DNA of 64,000 nt from a virus: positions 1 through 64,000 of IMG/VR virus record IMGVR_UViG_3300045988_160394; one strand, written 5' to 3'. This document shows positions 53,234-60,258 of the stretch, one piece after another. The notes beneath the pieces were generated by a model. It had not been told where the DNA came from. It did no database searches and was given only the letters and a program-made list of their open reading frames with translations. How positions within the stretch are numbered: position 1 is the first letter of the stretch; every line of letters begins with the position of its first letter. The position numbers and the translations under genes are program-made.

Positions 53234-54466
53234 ATGAGCCGTAAATATTGTACAAGAAACGCTTGTGAAAACGAAAAATTAATAGATAAATGTACATGTT
53301 GTTTCGATTGTGATCTTATTGGAGAATGTGAAGCAGAAGTTAAATGTATCATAAGAACAAAGGACAATTATATGGATTGTCCTTTTATAGGAAAAAGAAT
53401 TAATGAAGGGGAGACTACTATGAATAAAATAAATGATTTACCTAAGGTTGGAGTATTCTTTGGTAAGATGATACCACCTCACAGAGGACATTTAACAGCT
53501 ATTATTAATGCAGCTACTAGATGTCAAAAACTTTATGTTGTAGTAAGTGATAATAAACATACAACAGAAGAAATATGCAGAGAATCAGGTATAAAAAATA
53601 TACCTGTAGAATTAAGAATTCAATGGCTATGTCAAGAGCTTCAAGACTTAGATCATATTAAAGTTGTTGCTCTTGATGAAACACATATACCTGCATATCC
53701 TAATGGATGGGATGAATGGTGTGATTTAATGAGAAAGGCTGTTAAAGAAGATATTGATACTTTCTTTTGTGGAGAAGAAGAATATTGTAAGCAATTAAAA
53801 GAGCATTTCCCAGGTTCAGATGTAATTCTATTTGATCCACAAAGAAATACTTATAATATAAGTGCTACTACAATAAGAACTAATCCTCAAAAACATTGGG
53901 ATCATATATTAGGACCTGCTAGACCATTCTTTGCTAAGAGAGTATTAATAGCAGGGACTGAAAGTACAGGGAAGACTACAATGGTTAAGTACTTAGCTAA
54001 ATTATATAATACTTCATGGTCAGAAGAAGTAGGAAGATATTATGCTTCTAAATTCCTAGGAGGAAATGAAGAAATTTTTACTGATGAAGATTTTACTAGA
54101 ATAGCATATCAACAAATAGAACAAGATTACGCAGCTCTTAGAAGTTGTAATAGAGTTTGTTTCTTTGATACTGATCCAACAGTTACTCAATACTATTCTA
54201 CTTTATATATGGGGCATAAAAACCTTGAAGTAGAATCAGCTATTAATCCAACTAAATATGATATTGTTATATTATTAAAACCAGATGTTGAATGGGTTGA
54301 TGATGGACAAAGATTAAATGGTGATCAAGAAAAAAGAGAAGAATTACACAATAGATTAAAATATATGTATCTTGAAAGAGGTTTTAAGAACGTTGTTGAA
54401 GTATCTGGAGATTATAATGAAAGATTAACAGCTATTATAAATATTGTTGATGATTTATTAAAGTAA
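53234..54466 (+). CDS. nadR: NadR-type bifunctional NMN adenylyltransferase / ribosylnicotinamide kinase, with Cys-rich N-terminal extension and no HTH domain
   Basis: Nucleotidyltransferase motif GVFFGKMIPPHRGH...VVVSD, ISATTIR, then Walker A IAGTESTGKTT plus EEVGRYY and a D..P..T..Y region typical of the RNK domain. Confidence 0.85.
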   Translation: MSRKYCTRNACENEKLIDKCTCCFDCDLIGECEAEVKCIIRTKDNYMDCPFIGKRINEGETTMNKINDLPKVGVFFGKMIPPHRGHLTAIINAATRCQKLYVVVSDNKHTTEEICRESGIKNIPVELRIQWLCQELQDLDHIKVVALDETHIPAYPNGWDEWCDLMRKAVKEDIDTFFCGEEEYCKQLKEHFPGSDVILFDPQRNTYNISATTIRTNPQKHWDHILGPARPFFAKRVLIAGTESTGKTTMVKYLAKLYNTSWSEEVGRYYASKFLGGNEEIFTDEDFTRIAYQQIEQDYAALRSCNRVCFFDTDPTVTQYYSTLYMGHKNLEVESAINPTKYDIVILLKPDVEWVDDGQRLNGDQEKREELHNRLKYMYLERGFKNVVEVSGDYNERLTAIINIVDDLLK

Positions 54467-54518
54467 TCAACATAATCTTATTGATATATAATTATTGAAA
54501 TTGAAAGGATGATTTGAA

Positions 54519-55124
54519 ATGAGAAAGAATAAATACGGAGAGATAACAGAAATAAATAGTGGTAAAACATATACATCTATCAATGAAGTTTGTAATACTT
54601 TAAAAGTAAATAGAAATAGACTTTATAAATTATTTAGAGAAGTAGATATTAATAAACCATATTTAATAGAAATAGATGGATTTAAATTCTCTAAAGCTAT
54701 GAATGTTGATACAACGTTAGCTTATAATAAAGCTAGCAATGTTCAAGTCGTAAAAGATGAAGAAGGTACTTTAGCTCAGCCAGCTAAAGAGGTTGTAGAA
54801 ATGTATTCTGGTAAAACTTTTTCTAGTATTAGAAAGTGTTGTGAATATTATGGTATGTCTATTAATGTTGCGTATAAAAAGCTTTCAAAGACAGGCGTTT
54901 ATGAAGATGAAGATAAAACATTGTTTTTATGTTTAAAAGACTGTATTACTGTTGAAATAACAGATTTAGTAAACAAAAGAATTAAAGAGAAAGAAAATGA
55001 ATATGAAATATTAACAAGTAATAATGGCTCTGTATTTATACTAAAAGAAGATCAAATAGTAAAGAAATGTGTTTCTGCTAAAGATCTATTAGAGAGTGTA
55101 AAGATAAAAGAAGTGATTATTTAA
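54519..55124 (+). CDS. DNA-binding-like protein with two NUMOD1-like HTH repeats
   Basis: Internal repeat: EINSGKTYTSINEVCNTLKVNRNRLYKLF versus EMYSGKTFSSIRKCCEYYGMSINVAYKKL; no nuclease motif seen. Confidence 0.5.
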   Translation: MRKNKYGEITEINSGKTYTSINEVCNTLKVNRNRLYKLFREVDINKPYLIEIDGFKFSKAMNVDTTLAYNKASNVQVVKDEEGTLAQPAKEVVEMYSGKTFSSIRKCCEYYGMSINVAYKKLSKTGVYEDEDKTLFLCLKDCITVEITDLVNKRIKEKENEYEILTSNNGSVFILKEDQIVKKCVSAKDLLESVKIKEVII

Positions 55125-55196
55125 TATATTATAGTATTTGATTGTTAATATAATAATTATTAAAGAATTATTATTAGCAAGAGAGGATTATGGTAT

Positions 55197-55685
55197 ATGA
55201 TAAATAAAGAAATTGGAAAACAAATATTAAATCAAGTTCATTTTGAATTTCAAAGTGAAAGACAATATATAGCTATGGAATATTATTTTAGAAAATTAGA
55301 TCTTAATGGATACGCAGATTTATTTCATGAATATGCATTAGAAGAAAGAAGACATGGATATGATATGTTAGCTTTCCTTGATGATTGGAATTATCCTATT
55401 ATAATTAATATGGACCAAAGAGAAATTATTAATACATTCCAATCACCATTAGATGTATTTGAAAAAGCTTTAGAACATGAAAAAGAAATAACAGCTGCTA
55501 TCGTAAAGATATGCAACAATGCTGTTAAATGTGGAGACGTTATATCTAAAGAATTCTTAAATAAGTATTTAACAGAACAAAGAGAAGAAGAAGATAAGAT
55601 GCAAACTAGATTAATGAGATTGAAATTAGCTGGTTCAGATAGCTCAGCAATTTTATTGTTAGATCATGAAGATGGTAAGCATTAA
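55197..55685 (+). CDS. ferritin-like protein (non-heme ferritin family)
   Basis: Four-helix ferroxidase pattern: E..SERQYIAME.YF....L.GYA..F...A.EERRHG..M..FL ... ALEHEKEIT. Confidence 0.8.
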   Translation: MINKEIGKQILNQVHFEFQSERQYIAMEYYFRKLDLNGYADLFHEYALEERRHGYDMLAFLDDWNYPIIINMDQREIINTFQSPLDVFEKALEHEKEITAAIVKICNNAVKCGDVISKEFLNKYLTEQREEEDKMQTRLMRLKLAGSDSSAILLLDHEDGKH

Positions 55686-55692
55686 TATTTAT

Positions 55693-55727
55693 AGGCTATT
55701 ATTAATTTAATAGCCTTATTTTTTTAG
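55693..55727 (+). terminator. Rho-independent terminator
   Basis: AGGCTATT / AATAGCCT stem, 8-nt loop, TATTTTTTT tail. Confidence 0.7.
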
Positions 55728-55739
55728 GAGGGAAAATAT

Positions 55740-56111
55740 ATGTATGATTTACTGTACTACTATGATAGATTAGAATTAGATGAAGTCCTAGAAATCTTTT
55801 TAAAAGATAATGTTAGTAAAGATCATGTAATATCTATATCAAAAAATGATAGTATAAACATTACATCTGCTGTTATTAATGGTAAAATATTTTATGGTAC
55901 AAAGCATTTATCATTTAGTAAAGATAAAACAGGTAACTATCATATTAAAAATAGAAGATATTCACTTAGAGGTAACTGTACTGATAATGAATTAGTTACA
56001 GAAGCAGTTTCTGACAATATGGAATACATTATTAATCCTAACAATATTAGTTTTATAAGAAAATCAAATATAAAAGGAGTTAGTTTTTTTGATGAACAAT
56101 ATCGTCAATAA
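55740..56111 (+). CDS. hypothetical protein (123 aa)
   Basis: TAGGAGGGA RBS; no motif. Confidence 0.5.
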   Translation: MYDLLYYYDRLELDEVLEIFLKDNVSKDHVISISKNDSINITSAVINGKIFYGTKHLSFSKDKTGNYHIKNRRYSLRGNCTDNELVTEAVSDNMEYIINPNNISFIRKSNIKGVSFFDEQYRQ

Positions 56112-56177
56112 AATATAGACAAGTTGTAATGCTTATGGTAAAATTAAACAAGTTAAAGTTGAAAGGTTGTGTTTTAT

Positions 56178-56792
56178 ATGAAAATGACAGTACATGCTGC
56201 ATTAGCAGAATTAAAAAAATTAGATCAAAGAATAAATAGAGCGATTAGGACTGGTAGATTTGTAGGAACTATAAAAGGGGAAAAATCTACTGAAAAAGTT
56301 CAAAATACTACAGAAACCAGAGAAGAATTCAAAGTTAGTGCAAAAGCAGATTTCGATTCAGCTACTGATTTAATAAATAGAAGAAATGAAATTAAGAAAG
56401 CTATTACATTATCTAATGCTACTACTAAAGCACAAGTCGGAACATTAGAAATGACAGTAGCAGAAGCGATCGAAATGAAATCTTCTATAGAGTATAAAAA
56501 AGATTTCAAAAGAGCTTTAGAAATACAATATAGTTCAGCTATTTCTAATATAGAAAGAGCTAATGAAAAAGTTGAAGCTAATATGGATAAAATATTAGAA
56601 TCAATGGGTAAGGATGCTAATAAAGAGTTTATAGATAACTATAGAGCTACTTATAGTTTTTCAATAATAGATCCAATATCTATTAAAGAAAAGATAGAAT
56701 CATTAGCTAAAGAAATAGAAGATTTCGAAAGTAATGTAGATATAGCTTTATCTGTATCTAATGCTACTACTTTTATAGAAATAGAAGATTAA
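56178..56792 (+). CDS. hypothetical helical protein
   Basis: ATG 56178 (ORF-track GTG at 56169); predicted helical/coiled-coil composition. Confidence 0.55.
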   Translation: MKMTVHAALAELKKLDQRINRAIRTGRFVGTIKGEKSTEKVQNTTETREEFKVSAKADFDSATDLINRRNEIKKAITLSNATTKAQVGTLEMTVAEAIEMKSSIEYKKDFKRALEIQYSSAISNIERANEKVEANMDKILESMGKDANKEFIDNYRATYSFSIIDPISIKEKIESLAKEIEDFESNVDIALSVSNATTFIEIED

Positions 56793-57243
56793 TATATAAA
56801 TGGAGATGAGGCTCTTGCCAAAACTCTCCTTTTATGTTAATATATATATAAATTAAATAACACACAATATCTGACTTATTGTGGGCATAGCGAAAAGACA
56901 AACTATAAGATCCTTTAAAAGATAGGTTAATTCTTTTGCTAACAAGTGATATTTTGGGATATATCAAATAATAGATTTTATTGTTTTTAAAGATGAAAAA
57001 CAAGCTATAACATCTTTTCTGAATGAGAAAACATGTTTACCTTAGTGTTTTTTAAATATGTATTAAAAGCTTAAATCTTAAAGATTAAATCTCATAAGTT
57101 CAAGCATTAAAGTTCTTTATTTTATTTAAAGGTTAAGAGTTAAAAGATAAAGATTGATAAAATCCTGGGTTAAAGGTTATGAGGTAATCTTATATTGCTC
57201 TGTTTAATCCTCCAGGCAGCTATGTTCACAATATATATACATA

Positions 57244-57275
57244 AGGAGAGCCATTGTGGTTCTCTTTTTTATTTT
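57244..57275 (+). terminator. Rho-independent terminator-like hairpin
   Basis: AGGAGAGCC / GGTTCTCTT stem (two G-U pairs), 5-nt loop, TTTTATTTT tail, directly followed by AAGGAGGAG. Confidence 0.5.
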
Positions 57276-57289
57276 AAGGAGGAGATAAA

Positions 57290-57577
57290 GTGGGTAGAAT
57301 TATTTATTGCAGACAACCTAAATATCCTAAACCGCCTATTCCAGGTAGTAGGAAAGATACTTATAATGAAATAGTTAAAAAAGAACATTATGGAGTAGAA
57401 GTTTGAGAAAATGTAATTACAGACAAAGTAAGAAAAACTAAATGCTTATGTTTTAATTGCAGAAAACTAGGTAAATGTGATATAGCAAATCATTTATATC
57501 AATTTTGCAAAAAGAATAATATCGCACTAATGATGACAAGATGTAAGGAATTTGATTTTGAAGGAGAGTGTAATTAA
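57290..57577 (+). CDS. Cys-rich protein with in-frame TGA (57404-57406)
   Basis: GTG start 7 nt after AAGGAGGAG; the frame is open for 95 codons if TGA is read (..HYGVEV-TGA-ENVITDK..); CLCFNC..C..C motif downstream of the TGA. Confidence 0.45.
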
Positions 57578-57578
57578 A

Positions 57579-57824
57579 ATGAACGTTAGAATAGGTATAG
57601 ATGAACAACCATGTCTTGAAGTTGGAGATGCTGTTGTAGCAAAAGACAAGTTTTATATAGTACGTGTTGAGAGTGGACAATATATAGCAAGATGTATTAA
57701 TGATGGCTATGGACTTACTGGATTACATGGAACATTAAGAAGATTACAAGAATCTTTAGAAAAAGAAAATGCAAAAATATATCCTAAGAGTAAATACGAA
57801 TTAGTCTTAAGAGAAAAAAGATAA
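57579..57824 (+). CDS. hypothetical protein
   Basis: ATG 57579 after GAAGGAGAG (ORF-track TTG at 57552 lies inside the upstream ORF). Confidence 0.5.
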   Translation: MNVRIGIDEQPCLEVGDAVVAKDKFYIVRVESGQYIARCINDGYGLTGLHGTLRRLQESLEKENAKIYPKSKYELVLREKR

Positions 57825-57838
57825 AGGGAGATAAACTA

Positions 57839-58420
57839 ATGAATAAATTAAAGTCTTTAGAACAGCAAACTAATAATAGATATTTAAACGTTTATAAAGC
57901 TAAATATGAAAATAAAGAAAAGAAAACTGAATATGAATATTATATAGCTACTAGAAGAAAAAGAGAAGATATGGCTTGTGTAGCTAAAGATAAAAATAAA
58001 ACAGATGCTGTTATGATAGTTCCAACTGATCCAGTTACTGACAACATGTATTTAATAAAACAGTTTAGACCTGCTGTTAATGATTATGTAATAGAATTCC
58101 CTGCTGGTTTAGTTGATCCTGGTGAAACAGAAGAGCAAACAGTAGCGAGAGAATTATATGAAGAAACTGGATTAATAGCTGAAATGATAAACTTAACCGT
58201 ACCTTCATCATATACTTCTGTTGGAATGACAGATGAAAAAGTAGCAGTATATACAGCTATTGTTTCAGGTAAACCTAATACAAATAATCTTATGGATAAT
58301 GAAGACATAGAAATATTAACTATTAAATCTTCTGATTTAAATGATGTTATTAATGGAGTATATGGTGAAGTATCTATAAAGACAAGAATAATATTAACGT
58401 TTTTAAATCTAACATGTTAA
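57839..58420 (+). CDS. Nudix hydrolase, ADP-ribose pyrophosphatase-like
   Basis: Perfect Nudix box GLVDPGETEEQTVARELYEETGL (Gx5Ex7REUxEExGU), preceded by EFPAG as in the NudF/ADPRase subfamily. Confidence 0.75.
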   Translation: MNKLKSLEQQTNNRYLNVYKAKYENKEKKTEYEYYIATRRKREDMACVAKDKNKTDAVMIVPTDPVTDNMYLIKQFRPAVNDYVIEFPAGLVDPGETEEQTVARELYEETGLIAEMINLTVPSSYTSVGMTDEKVAVYTAIVSGKPNTNNLMDNEDIEILTIKSSDLNDVINGVYGEVSIKTRIILTFLNLTC

Positions 58421-58432
58421 GGAGGTTATTAT

Positions 58433-59299
58433 ATGCTATTAAAATGTAATCAACATAGAGATGATTTAGCGAAAAATCTAAAGAGTTATTGTAAAATTGA
58501 TGGCATAAGCATGTTTATTCAAGTAGGAGATAATCCTGCTAGTACCACTTATATTAATCAAAAAAAGAAAGCATGTGATAAAGCAGGAATACAATATGAT
58601 CATGTTGTATTAAATAAAGATATAACAGAAGAACAATTAATAGCTAAAATAAAAGAATATAACGATTGTACAGATGTTATAGGAATAATGGTTCAACTTC
58701 CTTTACCAGTTCATATTAATGAAGAAGCTATTATTAATGCTATCAAACCAGAAAAAGACATAGATGGATTCACTCATGTTAACAAAGGTAAACTAATGGT
58801 TGCAGATGAATCTGTTGTAGTTCCTTGTACTCCATACGGAATTGACGTTTTACTTGATACAATAGGCTTTGGTTATGAAGGAAAAAATGTTGTAGTGGTA
58901 GGTAGAAGTAATATAGTAGGAAAACCTATGACTCAGCTATTAATAAACAGAGGAGCTACTGTTACTTGTTGTAATAGCAAAACTTCTAAAGAAACATTAA
59001 CAAACTTAATATTAAATTCAGATTTATTTATATCTGCTATAGACAAGCCTAACTATTTTGATATACAATATTTTGGAAAGGATAATTTAGCCAAGTTATC
59101 AAATGTAATAGCTATAGATGTAGGAATATTTAGAATAGAAGATAAACTCCATGGGAATATAAACAAGGAATTATATGATTATTTTAAAGCTATTACGCCT
59201 GTTCCAGGTGGAGTAGGACCTATGACTATAGTAGGTGTATTATCTAATATTACAAAATGTGCTTCATTACAAAATAAAATAGAATTTATAGAGAAATAA
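58433..59299 (+). CDS. folD: bifunctional 5,10-methylene-THF dehydrogenase / methenyl-THF cyclohydrolase
   Basis: VGDNPAS..Y...K.KAC...GI, GIMVQLPLP, KDIDGF, PCTP.G, VVVVGRSNIVGKPM, ISA..KP, TPVPGGVGPMT: the full set of FolD motifs. Confidence 0.9.
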   Translation: MLLKCNQHRDDLAKNLKSYCKIDGISMFIQVGDNPASTTYINQKKKACDKAGIQYDHVVLNKDITEEQLIAKIKEYNDCTDVIGIMVQLPLPVHINEEAIINAIKPEKDIDGFTHVNKGKLMVADESVVVPCTPYGIDVLLDTIGFGYEGKNVVVVGRSNIVGKPMTQLLINRGATVTCCNSKTSKETLTNLILNSDLFISAIDKPNYFDIQYFGKDNLAKLSNVIAIDVGIFRIEDKLHGNINKELYDYFKAITPVPGGVGPMTIVGVLSNITKCASLQNKIEFIEK

Positions 59300-59508
59300 T
59301 GATAGACATTATAACTAATACTAGAGAAGCACAGGCTAATTATTTTGCATTATGTTTGTTAATGCCTAAGAAAGAATTTAAAGATGAAATGTATAAAGCT
59401 TTTAATAAAAAAGATTATACTTATGATATGCAATTAGTAGCTAATCATTTTAATGTTCCATTAGAAGCTGCTATTGTACGAGCTAGAGATTTAAGGATTA
59501 TAAAATAG
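59299..59508 (+). CDS. ImmA/IrrE-like C-terminal fragment (no HExxH)
   Basis: EAQANYFALCLLMPKKEF resembles the motif downstream of the ImmA/IrrE metalloprotease active site; only 69 aa and the catalytic motif is absent. Confidence 0.45.
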   Translation: MIDIITNTREAQANYFALCLLMPKKEFKDEMYKAFNKKDYTYDMQLVANHFNVPLEAAIVRARDLRIIK

Positions 59509-59526
59509 GAGGTTGTTTTTAAGACA

Positions 59527-60258
59527 ATGGATAAGTTTCAGATTAAGATATTAAACCCAGAAGAAGTAAAGACATTATTTAAACGTTGAGGGACGTTCGC
59601 ATGTAAATGTTATGACACTCCTGCTAAATATGCAGAAAGAGTTGGTAAATCATGCTTACAATCAGGACACTTTTCAGGATCAAGAAGTATATATATAGAA
59701 ATAGATGTTAGTAATGTACCTAGAGCTCTTGTAGATCAAATAATAAGAAGAGAACAAGGATGCGTTAAAAACGTTGAATCTGGTAGATATGTAGATTTCT
59801 CAGATTTTGATTATTATACTTCACCATTAATAGCTAATGATCCAATAGCTAAAGAGATATATGATGAACACATGAAAGCTACTAGAGAAGTTTATTCTTT
59901 ATTAGTTAAAAGATTAAATGAAAAAGGGATAACTGGTGAAAGAGCCTTTGAAGCAGCTAGAGGAGTTGCTCCTATGAACTATAGAACAGGTATGGTTCTA
60001 GGATTAACATTAGAAGCTTTAATAGGCTTATGTCATGAAAGATTATGTAGTAGAACTCAAGAACATTCTAGACATTTAATCAAGATGATAAGAGATGAGG
60101 TTCTAAAGCTTATACCTGAGTTAGAGCCATATTTAGTAGTGAAATGTGATTATCTACAATGGTGTCCAGAAGGAAGTAAATGTTGTGGTAGAAAACCAAC
60201 TAGAAAAGAATTCTTAGAATTTATTGATTCTAATAAAGTTAAAGGGAGTGTTAAGTAA
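59527..60258 (+). CDS. thyX: flavin-dependent thymidylate synthase ThyX with in-frame TGA (59587-59589)
   Basis: ATG after AGGAGG; the frame is continuous with ORF-track 59872-60258 if TGA is read; ..SGHFSGSRS.., ThyX-motif-like RREQGCVKNVESGRY, ..ARGVAPMNYRT.. helical region. Confidence 0.7.

Noticed and set aside
56773-57003. 76-aa minus-strand ORF in the long non-coding region
   Set aside because: Low-complexity I/Y/L/F-rich translation, no SD sequence, and no terminator in the minus direction. It is most likely a chance ORF.
57074-57086. 13-bp perfect palindrome AATCTTAAAGATT as an operator site
   Set aside because: It is composed almost entirely of A/T in a very AT-rich region, occurs only once, and chance occurrence is likely.
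51637-57289. Search for a suppressor tRNA, or any tRNA or tmRNA, in the two large non-coding regions
   Set aside because: I could not trace a cloverleaf. There is no GTTCRANYC T-loop flanked by complementary arms and no acceptor-stem pairing. The only T-loop-like string (AGTTCAAGC near 57100) lacks flanking stems.
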